NCBI GenBank assembly: GCA_029856155.1
Contig: JAHQWL010000072.1
Span: 32,001-96,000, forward strand
Reading direction: 5' to 3'
Length of the DNA stretch: 64,000 bases
From: Promethearchaeia archaeon
Lineage (GTDB): Archaea > Asgardarchaeota > Lokiarchaeia > Sigyniarchaeales > SOKP01
Part shown: in pieces, positions 9,292 to 19,377 of the stretch
Layout: the number at the start of each line of letters is the position of its first letter
How positions within the stretch are numbered: position 1 is the first letter of the stretch
The notes under the pieces: generated by a model
Databases searched by the model: none
Told to the model about the DNA's origin: nothing
Seen by the model: only the letters and a program-made list of their open reading frames with translations
Translations under genes and position numbers: made by a program

Positions 9292-11157
9292 TCAAAGATA
9301 TTGAGAAACCCAATCTATATCTAATTCTTCTAATTTTGATTTTGTTGGGATTCCATCCTCATCCCAGCCCATCATCTTATAATAATTAATTATCGCATTT
9401 TTAAGCTCATCTGGTTTAATTGCTGTTTCTACGAGGGCTCCTGATGTATGAGGTTTGAAAAATCTTTCAGGTAACCAATCATCCTTTTTTGTAAGCCCTT
9501 CTCTCATATTAAAAACTCTTGCCATCGTTGTAATCCTCTCTCCTACTTTCATTAATTCCCAAGTTGAAGTATGCCATCCAGTCACAGCTCTTACAATTTC
9601 AGGTATATCCACATAATCCCACGGTACGAAATAGCACATTAATAAAGCATTCAACGAGTTCTGCCAATTAGTATAATAAACCAATGCTCGAACCTTCTTT
9701 ATTCCTAAATCATCGATCTTGAGAGGCTCTAAAATCCCAATAGCACTATGAGAAGCCATCGCTCTTTCACTAGCAATTGATGTATCATGCAAATTTGCCA
9801 TATGTTCTGCTCCTGTAGGTGAAACTGTATAACCAACCCCTAATCCCTGCTTTAATCGAGGTTCATGCATTGGAATCTCTTGTCCTTTAACATGCATAGC
9901 ATACTTATCTGCTCCATTTTTTATCTTTTCAGCAGCTCTTTTAACACCTTCTGCTAAAATATCCCCTAAACCTTCACGTTTCGCAATCATTTCAACCATC
10001 TTAACTACGGCTTCAGCGTTTCCAAAATTTAATTTTATTCCATTTGTATCCTCATCTGTTAAGATTCCATTCTCATAACATTCTATCGCAAACCCAATTG
10101 AAACACCAGTAGATATGACATCTAAAGAATATTTATTACAAAGTTCATTTGCTTTACACACAGCTTTTAAATCATCTACTCCACAATTTGAACCAAACGC
10201 ACCAATTGACTCATATTCCGGACCCCCATATATTGGATTTACATTCCATGGTTCTCCAATTTCTACTACTTTTTTACAACGAATTGAACAAGCATAACAC
10301 GCTTCCATTTTAAGACCAATTTCTTCTTTCATTATCCCAGGATCTAAAGCTTCTGCACCCTTAAAATCACCATCTCTAAAATTACGTGTTGGAAGATTGC
10401 CAGATGCCGCAAATGCTTTCATTATACCATATCCTGTGCCATACTTAAAATAACCCGAAACGGCTTTATAAGCAACTTCGTTAAATTCTTTTATTTTCGC
10501 TCTTAATTTTTCTTTATTACTAACCTCTAGTCTTTTATGACCTCTAACAGCAATAGCTTTTAAATTCTTGGATCCCATGACAGCACCCATCCCAGTACGA
10601 CCAGCAGCATTTCTTAAATCATTTATAATACAAGCATAACGTACTAAATGTTCTCCTCCCGGTCCAATTTGGGCTACTCGGATAAATTTATCTCCCAGCT
10701 CTTTTTTAATTATTGCCTCCGCTTCCCCTGTGACCTTGCCCCAAAGATGACTCGCATCCTTTATTTCTGCTTTACCATCATTTATCCATAGATAAACAGG
10801 ATTTTTAGCTTTTCCTTCTATTATTATCGCATCTAATCCTGCATGCTTTAACTCGGCACCCCAATGCCCACCAACTTCAGCTTCACCAAAACCCCCCGTT
10901 AAAGGGGATTTAGCACCAACACTATTTCTCCCCGTCCCAGGTATCGCAAACCCAGTTAATGGACCTGTAGCAAATATTAATTTATTTTCTGGACTTAATG
11001 GGTCAATACCTACTTTTAATTCCTTTAAGAGGTAATAGGCTACAAAACCCTCACCTCCAATATATCGACGGTAGAAAATTTCCTCAGGATTTTCTATTAA
11101 GGTCTTCCCATTTGTTAAATTTACTCTAAGAATATTTCCAGTATATCCATTTACCAT
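9292..11157 (-). CDS. aor: Tungsten-dependent aldehyde:ferredoxin oxidoreductase family protein
   Basis: AKSPLTGG, AGRTGMGAVMGSKNLKAIAV, C..C.IRC, GPEYE, D.LPERF. Confidence 0.95.
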   Translation of the reverse strand: MVNGYTGNILRVNLTNGKTLIENPEEIFYRRYIGGEGFVAYYLLKELKVGIDPLSPENKLIFATGPLTGFAIPGTGRNSVGAKSPLTGGFGEAEVGGHWGAELKHAGLDAIIIEGKAKNPVYLWINDGKAEIKDASHLWGKVTGEAEAIIKKELGDKFIRVAQIGPGGEHLVRYACIINDLRNAAGRTGMGAVMGSKNLKAIAVRGHKRLEVSNKEKLRAKIKEFNEVAYKAVSGYFKYGTGYGIMKAFAASGNLPTRNFRDGDFKGAEALDPGIMKEEIGLKMEACYACSIRCKKVVEIGEPWNVNPIYGGPEYESIGAFGSNCGVDDLKAVCKANELCNKYSLDVISTGVSIGFAIECYENGILTDEDTNGIKLNFGNAEAVVKMVEMIAKREGLGDILAEGVKRAAEKIKNGADKYAMHVKGQEIPMHEPRLKQGLGVGYTVSPTGAEHMANLHDTSIASERAMASHSAIGILEPLKIDDLGIKKVRALVYYTNWQNSLNALLMCYFVPWDYVDIPEIVRAVTGWHTSTWELMKVGERITTMARVFNMREGLTKKDDWLPERFFKPHTSGALVETAIKPDELKNAIINYYKMMGWDEDGIPTKSKLEELDIDWVSQYL

Positions 11158-11309
11158 ATGAATCCCCTATTTTTTAAATAATTTTAATTGTTATTTAGTT
11201 AAATTTCATGTCATTTATATTTCTTATCTGAATCATATCTCTGTTTTCCAAATAATGTTTAAAATGATATTGGGTAATTTTCCAACGATTGAATAAAAAA
11301 TTATAAACT

Positions 11310-11400
11310 CAATAACTTTCCCACCAAGACTTTTTGGATTACTTTCCTCAAAAACACTTCCGAATTTTGTGGCAATCACAACATCATCCCTATATTGACC
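11310..11400 (-). pseudogene. Aldo/keto reductase fragment
   Basis: Minus strand reads GQYRDDVVIATKFGSVFEE, the AKR catalytic-Lys motif; no start codon or full ORF. Confidence 0.6.
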
Positions 11401-11692
11401 GTATACAAATATATGTTTTCCTTTTTATTTACATAGACCATAATTTATAATTTAATCGAATAAAAACAGTTTATAATCAGATGAAAATATTCGAACTCTT
11501 AAGTAATAATTATCAATCTAAGGATCGATATTTTATGATTACTATACTTATTAAAACACGATAATTTAGCTGAAATATAGTAAAAAATATAAACTCAACA
11601 ACATTTACAATTAACATCTAATAAAAATAATTTTATTTGATAATTAAAAATTAGAAAATTTTATTCAAAATAAATTAAAGAAATTGATGAAA

Positions 11693-12991
11693 ATGGCCGA
11701 TAAGGAACATTTAAATCTCGTAATAATAGGGCATATAGACCACGGAAAATCTACTATGATGGGAGCGATGCTCATTGAGACAGGAGCAGTAACCGATAGA
11801 GAAGCTCGTGAATTGGACAAACTCGCAAAAGAATACGACCGAGATTCATGGTCATACGCTTTTGTTTTTGACAGATTAAAAGAGGAGAGACAGCGAGGCA
11901 TTACAATTGACTTAGCATTTAGAAAATTTGAAACTAAATCAAAATACTTCACAATCATCGACGCACCAGGCCACGCAGATTTTGTCAAGAACATGATAAC
12001 TGGCGCGAGCCAAGCTGATGCTGCCATTTTAGTTGTTTCTGGCAAGAAAGGTGAAATGGAAGTTGGGATCGCCGCTAATGGACAAACTCGTGAACATGCT
12101 TATTTAGCTCAAACTTTAGGCGTAAAACAACTAGTTGTAGCTATCAATAAAGCTGATGTTTATGAGTATTCTGAGGCAAGATTTAATGAATGTAAGGAAT
12201 CAGTTGGAGATCTTCTAAAAAACATCGGTTTTAAGCTCAAAGATGTACCTTTTGTCCCTACTTCTGGCATGCAAATGGAAAATCTTTCAAAGAAAAGCGA
12301 TAAAATGCCATGGTATAATGGTCCAACCTTGATTGAAGCTATTGATCAATTCGTCCTTCCAGAAAAACCAACTGGTAAGCCTTTGAGATTACCTATCCAA
12401 GATTGCTATAAAATTAAGGGAACTGGTGTAGTCCCTGTTGGTCGAGTAGAGACTGGAATTTTAAAGAAAAATGATAAAATTATTATCATGCCATCTGGAT
12501 TTCAAGGTGAAATCCGAAGTATCGAAATGCATCATGAAGAAATTCCACAAGCTATCCCTGGAGATAACATAGGATTTAGTATTAGGGGTATTACAATGGC
12601 AGATGCAAGCAGAGGAGATTGTTTAGGACATCCTAAAGATCCACCAACTGTAATTACTCCAAAAGGAAAATGGACAGGACAAATCATTGTTATTTGGCAT
12701 CCTACAGCAATAGCACAAGGTTATACTCCGGTAATTCATGCACATACAGCACAAGTAGCTGCAAAGTTTTCGAGTTTACTTAAAAAATTAGACCAAAAGA
12801 CAGGTGCCGTGATTGAGGATAATCCTAAGTTTCTCAAGAAAAATGAATCGGCAATTGTTGAACTCACTCCAATCAAAAAAATGTGTCTTGAAAAATATGA
12901 GGCATTCCCTGAAATGGGCCGATTCGCAGTACGCGATATGGGTAGAACTGTTTGTGTAGGGATCGTAAAGGATATAGTTACAGGCGCATAA
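11693..12991 (+). CDS. tuf: Elongation factor 1-alpha
   Basis: GHIDHGKST, RGITID, DAPGHADF, NKAD, GRFAVRDMG (ORF open from 11684). Confidence 0.99.
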   Translation: MADKEHLNLVIIGHIDHGKSTMMGAMLIETGAVTDREARELDKLAKEYDRDSWSYAFVFDRLKEERQRGITIDLAFRKFETKSKYFTIIDAPGHADFVKNMITGASQADAAILVVSGKKGEMEVGIAANGQTREHAYLAQTLGVKQLVVAINKADVYEYSEARFNECKESVGDLLKNIGFKLKDVPFVPTSGMQMENLSKKSDKMPWYNGPTLIEAIDQFVLPEKPTGKPLRLPIQDCYKIKGTGVVPVGRVETGILKKNDKIIIMPSGFQGEIRSIEMHHEEIPQAIPGDNIGFSIRGITMADASRGDCLGHPKDPPTVITPKGKWTGQIIVIWHPTAIAQGYTPVIHAHTAQVAAKFSSLLKKLDQKTGAVIEDNPKFLKKNESAIVELTPIKKMCLEKYEAFPEMGRFAVRDMGRTVCVGIVKDIVTGA

Positions 12992-13207
12992 TACGCATAT
13001 ATTTTTGATTTTTTTTTCAATATAATTTATATCTTTATTTGTTTTTTTAAATACTCTATTTTTATTTAGAATCAATTTAGTTCAAAACTAAAATTTCTAT
13101 ATATTCTCATAGGATATTCCCATGATACACGAATAATATTTTCTTTTTTGAAGCTTAATTTGCCTTTTCTACTTAAGAAGGTTCTATTTAGAAAAGGTTG
13201 ATTTAAA

Positions 13208-13681
13208 GTTCTTTCGACTAAAACAAAAATTTGTGTATTAGGGTTGAGCAGTGTTGGAAAATCATCACTCTTAAGCTTACTTCAAGGTCGTGAAATAGCG
13301 AAAGGTGCAAATCCAACAGTAGGATTAGAAATCGAGGATTCAATTCTTAATGGGAAAAAGGTTAATATATGGGATTTTGGAGGACAGGAACGGTTTAGAT
13401 TCATGTGGGAGGACTTTCTAAGAGGAACGGGCTTGACTGTTTTAGTATGTGATTCTACAGAAGATAACATAACAAAAACAAAAGAAATTTACAAAAAATT
13501 TTCACGCTATATGAATACTAAAATTATTGCTATAGCAAATAAACAAGATCTTCCTTCTGCCTTAAGTGCAAAGAAAGTTCAAAAGAAGTTAGGTATTCAA
13601 ACATATGGAATGTCTGCGATAAGGCCAGATTTACGGGATAGAATTCGTGAAATTTTAGAGTATGAAATTGAAACCGAGTAA
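13208..13681 (+). CDS. Small GTPase, Arf/Rab-like; start uncertain
   Basis: KICVLGLSSVGKSS (G1), PTVG, WDFGGQERFR (G3), NKQD (G4), MSA (G5); the G1 strand lies upstream of the first TTG (13244). Confidence 0.85.
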   Translation, partial: VLSTKTKICVLGLSSVGKSSLLSLLQGREIAKGANPTVGLEIEDSILNGKKVNIWDFGGQERFRFMWEDFLRGTGLTVLVCDSTEDNITKTKEIYKKFSRYMNTKIIAIANKQDLPSALSAKKVQKKLGIQTYGMSAIRPDLRDRIREILEYEIETE

Positions 13682-13697
13682 AAAAGGATTTAAAATA

Positions 13698-14258
13698 TTA
13701 AAATAATTTTCCAATTAAATGTGCTAATCTTACAGATTCCGGTAATTTGGAATCTATACAGATTTTTTTTAAGAGAGATTGAACTTCTTTAATTTCAATT
13801 CCTTTACAATGGAAATATAATTTTGACATTCCCCCTGCGGTATCAATTTCTGTTTCATATAAATTTCCCGCACTGAGAATATTTTTCAGTTTATTTTTAT
13901 ATGTATTTGGGAATTTATTAATAAGAGCTTTCTTTACAGAGTCAAAATCTACTTCTCTTTCTGTTATAGCAATAATAGGTTTATGGATTTCTGAATATAT
14001 TTTATCTAAATTTACTAAATTAAACCCCCCAAAAGTTATTGAATGAGTAAGAACATATTGTACTTGCTTTTCGTTTTCTTTGACTAATTTTATTAATTTT
14101 TCAGTAGCATCCTCACCATCTATCATGATTTTATCTCGAGTAACACCTACCATTCTTGTTCCTTGACATATAACCCCAATTAGTTGGGTATGCTTTATCT
14201 CTGAGTGTAGTTCAAAAGCTGCATCATCGAATCCAATTGTTATGGGGTTATCTTTCAT
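13698..14258 (-). CDS. DUF99 family protein (RNase H-fold, EndoV-like)
   Basis: IGFDDA, DGEDAT, ITFGGFN, LPESVRLAHLIG. Confidence 0.88.
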   Translation of the reverse strand: MKDNPITIGFDDAAFELHSEIKHTQLIGVICQGTRMVGVTRDKIMIDGEDATEKLIKLVKENEKQVQYVLTHSITFGGFNLVNLDKIYSEIHKPIIAITEREVDFDSVKKALINKFPNTYKNKLKNILSAGNLYETEIDTAGGMSKLYFHCKGIEIKEVQSLLKKICIDSKLPESVRLAHLIGKLF

Positions 14259-14262
14259 CTTT

Positions 14263-14715
14263 TTATTTTTCTGGTAAAAATTCTTTAATATAATTTAAAA
14301 GATTAGTAAATGCGATAGTTGCACTTTTAATTTCTTCGTTTCTATTATATAGATCCCCAGAAAGATTATCTGCTAAAAAATTAGCCAACTCCTTTAAAGT
14401 CATTTTGTTACTAAACCACACATAAGCTACTAGCGCTTCAACTGTATCCGCAAGATCATGAGCATCAGCTCTAGTTTTTGCGAAATTTTTCATATTTGCT
14501 TTTTTTAAAGCTGTTTCTAAGACAGTTTTACTTACTTTTTTTCCTGTTCTAATAATTTTTTCATTAGGATTATTTTTCGTTAAAAAAATAGATTTTGCAA
14601 CGGAATAAGCTAAGTTTACAATAGCATCTCCAATTTTAGCTAAACCTTTATCGGTTCCGATAATTTTTTGCGATTTATTAAGAATTAAATCTGAAATTAA
14701 AAACTCGTAATCCAT
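14263..14715 (-). CDS. Archaeal mini-RNase III-like protein
   Basis: DKGLAKIGDAIVNL and ADTVEAL motifs. Confidence 0.8.
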   Translation of the reverse strand: MDYEFLISDLILNKSQKIIGTDKGLAKIGDAIVNLAYSVAKSIFLTKNNPNEKIIRTGKKVSKTVLETALKKANMKNFAKTRADAHDLADTVEALVAYVWFSNKMTLKELANFLADNLSGDLYNRNEEIKSATIAFTNLLNYIKEFLPEK

Positions 14716-14772
14716 TAAGATAAATATGAATTAAGACTTCTTTAAAGTTTTCATAAAAAAGAGAATAATGCC

Positions 14773-15267
14773 TTAGGTTAGTTTTTTGAATAATTTTTGA
14801 ACTTTGACTACTTCTTCTCTTAATAATTCAATTCCTTTATGTAAAACATCTTTAATTTGGTAATTTTTTTCAAGACGGATGTATATAGTTGCGGGTTCTA
14901 ATTTAGTATATTTATATGCCGCTATATTAACTCCCTCGATATTTAATAAATGCTTTACAAGTATATTGCATAATCCATGTGATTGTCCTTCAATAAATAA
15001 TTCATAATCATTTATACCTCGCCCTTTTTTTATTTTGATATTGAGATATTTATAGTCAGGAAATCTAGCTTCTTCTTCAAGTTCAAACTCAAATTCTTCC
15101 TCTTCTATAGGTTCTTCAAGCGACATGGGTTTTGTTTCCGTTTCATTTTTTTCTTTTAATTTAGGATAAATGCTCTCAATTTCATCATCTTCTAAAAATT
15201 CATCCCCAAAATCATCGATTTCATCTTCATCTGTTTCTTCTTTTTTGACCGCTTTTTTTTTTCCCAT
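14773..15267 (-). CDS. rpoL: RNA polymerase subunit Rpo11 (RpoL) with acidic N-terminal extension
   Basis: IEGQSHGLCNILVKHL...VNIAAY; located in the Csl4/DUF99 neighbourhood. Confidence 0.85.
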   Translation of the reverse strand: MGKKKAVKKEETDEDEIDDFGDEFLEDDEIESIYPKLKEKNETETKPMSLEEPIEEEEFEFELEEEARFPDYKYLNIKIKKGRGINDYELFIEGQSHGLCNILVKHLLNIEGVNIAAYKYTKLEPATIYIRLEKNYQIKDVLHKGIELLREEVVKVQKLFKKLT

Positions 15268-15362
15268 TCTTATTACTCCTACTGCTAAGGATTTGATAAC
15301 CTTAATAAAGAATATATAAAATATAATAAATTTTTTATGGTTTTATAAAAAAAACTGATTTC

Positions 15363-15581
15363 TTACAAATATTGATTTGCTAAATCTTTTAATCTTTCAG
15401 ACGCTAATTGTTGAAGGTCTCTTGAGCCGAAAAGGGTGACTTTTATGTTTTTTCCTTCAACAGAGACATTTAAATTAAGATAATTCACTTTTTTCTGAAT
15501 ATTTTCAAGAAATTGAACTACATTTTCCAGTGAACCACTATTATTATAGAAATGAATTACTTTTTTCCCGACTTTTCTCAC
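15363..15581 (-). CDS. Small hypothetical protein (DUF2067 N-terminus-like)
   Basis: 72 aa alpha/beta pattern; lies between csl4 and rpoL, where DUF2067 is found in other archaea. Confidence 0.5.
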   Translation of the reverse strand: MRKVGKKVIHFYNNSGSLENVVQFLENIQKKVNYLNLNVSVEGKNIKVTLFGSRDLQQLASERLKDLANQYL

Positions 15582-15620
15582 TAATACACACTTAAATTTG
15601 TCTAAAAATAAAAAATACTT

Positions 15621-16232
15621 TTAAAATCTTAGATTATTACTTACATTTCCATAATCATTAGCGAGTTTTCTGCTCTCTACGTTTCCACACCGTTCACACT
15701 TTAATTTATTATATCCTATTTTTATAAGGGGATTTCCACAGATTACACAATCTGCATAAATGACACCAAGATTTTTCCCAGTGGTGCTTAATTTATATTC
15801 ATTATACTCTTGTTCTACAACACGAGCGCGAACGATGTCTGTTATCTGAAAAGCATCATGTATCTTTTCAACATACTTATCTGAAATCTGTGATACATGG
15901 ATGTTTCCAAAATAATTTGAATTAAAATGTATTTTTTTATTTATTGTATAAAAACTAATCCCGACTGAATACAGACGTAAAAAAAGAATAGCTCCTATAA
16001 CAGTATCTCCAATTTTAACAACTTTACGATCTTTTTCTTGATGAGTGCTTATTTCAATTTTCCTTTCTTTATTATTGACAGTAATCATACCCGTTTTGGT
16101 TGCAAAAATTTTTCCGTCTTTAACAAATGTAGATTGTTTATCAGGGAGGAATTCCTCCACTACTCCGAGATATTGACCAGTCAAGACAATATCTTCATCA
16201 TCTAAAGACTTTTTACTCAATAATATCAACAA
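15621..16232 (-). CDS. csl4: Exosome RNA-binding subunit Csl4
   Basis: LG..EEF, IHVSQI, DIVRARV, LGVIYA.C..C...C..CGNVESRKLA. Confidence 0.95.
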   Translation of the reverse strand: MLILLSKKSLDDEDIVLTGQYLGVVEEFLPDKQSTFVKDGKIFATKTGMITVNNKERKIEISTHQEKDRKVVKIGDTVIGAILFLRLYSVGISFYTINKKIHFNSNYFGNIHVSQISDKYVEKIHDAFQITDIVRARVVEQEYNEYKLSTTGKNLGVIYADCVICGNPLIKIGYNKLKCERCGNVESRKLANDYGNVSNNLRF

Positions 16233-16334
16233 TAGTTTTTTAATTTCTCAAACTCTTTCTAACTTAAATATATATTATTAAATAAGATAAATAAATTTAA
16301 TGTATTAATTTTAAAAGAGTAAACATTTTTTCGG

Positions 16335-16979
16335 ATGAAATTTAGCAAAAAAAATTTGGTTTCTGTAATTCAAAACACCGAATCATATAGTAATCCTATA
16401 ATTGAATTAGAACAATACTGTATCGATGCATCTAGTGCAGTGGACATTATTTATTACGCAGGGTTTGAATATAATGATATCAAGAATGCATTTATTATTG
16501 ATTTAGGTGCCGGAACAGGAAGATTATCCATTGCAAGTGCTTTTTTCAATGCTAATTATGTTCTAAGTGTTGATATTGATATAAACGCGTTAAAAATCTT
16601 GAAAAGAAATGTTCTTACTCTAGATTTGAATCAGGTAATTTTTCCTATATGTGCTGATATTGAATATTTCGAAATTTCACACAAAAACATACCTACGAGT
16701 ATGAAAGTAACAACAATAATGAATCCTCCATTTGGAGTACAAACTAAATATGCAGATAGAATTTTTTTAGATAGAGCCTTTAATTTTTCAGATATTGTAT
16801 ATTCCATTCATCTAGCAAATGAGAAAACTCAAAATTTTATTTCAAACTACATTAAGAAACACAATTGGAAAATAGATAATATAATCCCCTTTAGTATGGT
16901 TCTAGAAAGAAATTTTCCTTTTCATACTCAAAAGACTAAAAAAATCAATGTTCACGTGTATAGATTTATTAAAAAATAA
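16335..16979 (+). CDS. METTL5-family N6-adenine RNA methyltransferase
   Basis: LEQY, DLGAGTGRL, MNPPFG, YSIH, F.FH. Confidence 0.9.
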   Translation: MKFSKKNLVSVIQNTESYSNPIIELEQYCIDASSAVDIIYYAGFEYNDIKNAFIIDLGAGTGRLSIASAFFNANYVLSVDIDINALKILKRNVLTLDLNQVIFPICADIEYFEISHKNIPTSMKVTTIMNPPFGVQTKYADRIFLDRAFNFSDIVYSIHLANEKTQNFISNYIKKHNWKIDNIIPFSMVLERNFPFHTQKTKKINVHVYRFIKK

Positions 16980-17001
16980 TAAAAGAAATTGAAAATTAGA
17001 A

Positions 17002-18306
17002 TTAGATATAATTTTTCCACGAATCAAAATTTTCTGGATATTTTGCATTTTCCCCTAGCACTTCTTCTATTCTTAGAAGTTGATTAAATTTAGCACAACG
17101 ATCACTTCTACATGTAGCACCAGTCTTCAGTTGACCTGTACATAATCCAACAGCTAAATCTGCGATAAATGTGTCTTCAGTTTCACCAGAACGATGTGAA
17201 ACCATAACATTAAACCCATTATCAAAAGACATTTTAGCAGCTTTAATAGCTTCAGTCAAAGAGCCGATTTGATTCACCTTTAGTAATAAAGCATTTCCTG
17301 CTTTTTCCTTTATAGCTTTTTCAAGAATTTTAATATTTGTTACTGTTATATCATCATCAACAATTTGAATAGATTTATCGATTTTAGCAGTTAAATTGGA
17401 GAAGTTCCTAAAATCTTTTTCATCAAAAGGATCCTCAATTGACTTGAAAGGATATTCATGGATTAGATCCATATAATACTCTAGTAATTCTTCTTCAGAG
17501 AGTCTTTTACCGTCAATATTGTAAGACTCTTCATCAAAAAATTCACTCGCAGCGGCATCCATACCCAATACAAAATCAGTACCTATTAGAAATCCCGCAG
17601 TTTCAATTGCTTCAATTATTATATCCACTGCTTCAGAGGTTAAAGATAAATTTGGAGCAAATCCTCCCTCATCACCTACATTAATCGCAGAAGGACCATA
17701 CTTTTTTCCTAATAATCTTTTTAGTGTTTGATATACTTCAGCAACATTTTGTATTGCTTGGGAAAAAGAGGTTGCCCCTACAGGTAAAACCATAAACTCT
17801 TGAATCGATAAATTATTTCCTGCGTGCTCCCCTCCATTTATAATGTTACAGCATGGAAGAGGTAGTAAATAATCGTCTCTTGATTTTTTATGTGCTAAAT
17901 TATAGAGGTGTTCAAACAAGGGTATCTCAGATAATTGAGAAGCTAATTTTGCTACAGCCAATGAAACAGATAAAATTGCATTAGCCCCTAAATTGCTTTT
18001 ATTTTCTGTTCCATCGATAGAAATCATTTCTTCATCTATTTTTGTCTGTTCTCTCACATCAAATCCTAATAATTTTTTTCCCAATATTTCGTTTACATTA
18101 GCTACAGCTTTTAATACATGTTTTCCCATGAATGCTTTTCCACCATCTCGTAGTTCAAGGGCCTCTAAAACACCTGTTGATGCGCCAGAAGGAACCGCTG
18201 CTCTGGAGAAGCTTTTTCCCGCAAATACATCAGATTCAACAGTAGGGTTTCCTCTTGAATCTAAAATCCATCTAGATTTTATTTTGGTAATTTTAAAATC
18301 AGTCAT
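17002..18306 (-). CDS. eno: Enolase
   Basis: DSRGNPTVE, VPSGASTG, GDEGGF, LLKVNQIG, SHRSGETED. Confidence 0.99.
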   Translation of the reverse strand: MTDFKITKIKSRWILDSRGNPTVESDVFAGKSFSRAAVPSGASTGVLEALELRDGGKAFMGKHVLKAVANVNEILGKKLLGFDVREQTKIDEEMISIDGTENKSNLGANAILSVSLAVAKLASQLSEIPLFEHLYNLAHKKSRDDYLLPLPCCNIINGGEHAGNNLSIQEFMVLPVGATSFSQAIQNVAEVYQTLKRLLGKKYGPSAINVGDEGGFAPNLSLTSEAVDIIIEAIETAGFLIGTDFVLGMDAAASEFFDEESYNIDGKRLSEEELLEYYMDLIHEYPFKSIEDPFDEKDFRNFSNLTAKIDKSIQIVDDDITVTNIKILEKAIKEKAGNALLLKVNQIGSLTEAIKAAKMSFDNGFNVMVSHRSGETEDTFIADLAVGLCTGQLKTGATCRSDRCAKFNQLLRIEEVLGENAKYPENFDSWKNYI

Positions 18307-18405
18307 ATAAATCTTAATCTTTTTTATTAGATATGAATATTAATAAAGAATTAAGAAAATTTAATTCTTAATATAATTATAAAATCTAATTCACACTTTA
18401 AAAAT

Positions 18406-19377
18406 ATGTCCTATGAGAATAGACCTTGGGTAGAGAAATATCGACCAAGGGTATTAGCTGAAGTTGTAAATCAGAAGGGAATTCTAAGACGTTTAAAACA
18501 ATTTGTAAATAATGGATCTATGCCTCATCTCATCTTCGCAGGTCCTGCAGGAACAGGAAAAACAACTTCAGCGTTAGCAATGGTTAGAGAACTATACGGG
18601 CGAAACATGGCGGTTAATAGAACATATTTAGAATTAAATGCTAGTGACGCTAGGGGTATTGATGTTATTCGAACATATATAAAAGATTTTGCAAAAGCGC
18701 GTCCTCCCATGAATGTTCACTTCAAGGTATTGATTTTAGATGAAGCGGATAATATGACGGCACCCGCTCAACAAGCTTTAAGGAGAACCATGGAAAAATA
18801 TACTAAAAACTGTAGAATGATTTTAATTTGCAATTATTCTAATAAAATAATCCCTCCGATTCAATCAAGGTGTGTAGTATTTAGATTTGCTTTTCTAAAT
18901 AATGATGATATAAAAAGTAGAGTAAACTATGTAGCAAAGCAAGAAAATGTTGGTCTATCTCCTGGAGGTTTAAATGCTATAGTAGATGTTTCTCGTGGGG
19001 ATTGTAGAAGAGCGATCAATTATTTACAATCATGTGGCACAATATCTAAAAAAATTGATCAAGAGCTTGTTTTTCGCGTTGCTGGAGAAGTTCCTCCCGA
19101 TAAAATAAAAGATATTTTAAATACAGCAATTAAAGGACAATTGCAATTATCTATCAAGCTTTTAGATGACTTAATCATAGAATATGGTCTTTCTGGGCAA
19201 AACATTATTAAGAATTTGCATCGAGAGATCTATGATCTTAAAATTCCTGAAGAAATTAAAATTGAATTATCGAAATTATTAGCTGAATTTGAATATAGAT
19301 TAAGCCAAGGAGGAACAGAGATAATTCAACTTCAAGCTTTGCTAGCTAAAATTGTCTTGTTGCAAAGTTCTGAATAA
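18406..19377 (+). CDS. rfcS: Replication factor C small subunit
   Basis: PWVEKYRP, GPAGTGKT, ELNASD, DEAD, QSRC; no intein. Confidence 0.98.
   Translation: MSYENRPWVEKYRPRVLAEVVNQKGILRRLKQFVNNGSMPHLIFAGPAGTGKTTSALAMVRELYGRNMAVNRTYLELNASDARGIDVIRTYIKDFAKARPPMNVHFKVLILDEADNMTAPAQQALRRTMEKYTKNCRMILICNYSNKIIPPIQSRCVVFRFAFLNNDDIKSRVNYVAKQENVGLSPGGLNAIVDVSRGDCRRAINYLQSCGTISKKIDQELVFRVAGEVPPDKIKDILNTAIKGQLQLSIKLLDDLIIEYGLSGQNIIKNLHREIYDLKIPEEIKIELSKLLAEFEYRLSQGGTEIIQLQALLAKIVLLQSSE

Noticed and set aside
11665-13075. Antisense ORFs over tuf (11665..12045, 12736..13020, 12788..13075)
   Set aside because: Shadow ORFs opposite a highly conserved gene; no motifs
13199-13201. In-frame TGA as selenocysteine
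   Set aside because: Not at a Cys-equivalent catalytic position, and I could not recognise a SECIS
19342-19377. 36-bp convergent overlap of rfcS and truA
   Set aside because: Short tail overlaps are common in compact genomes
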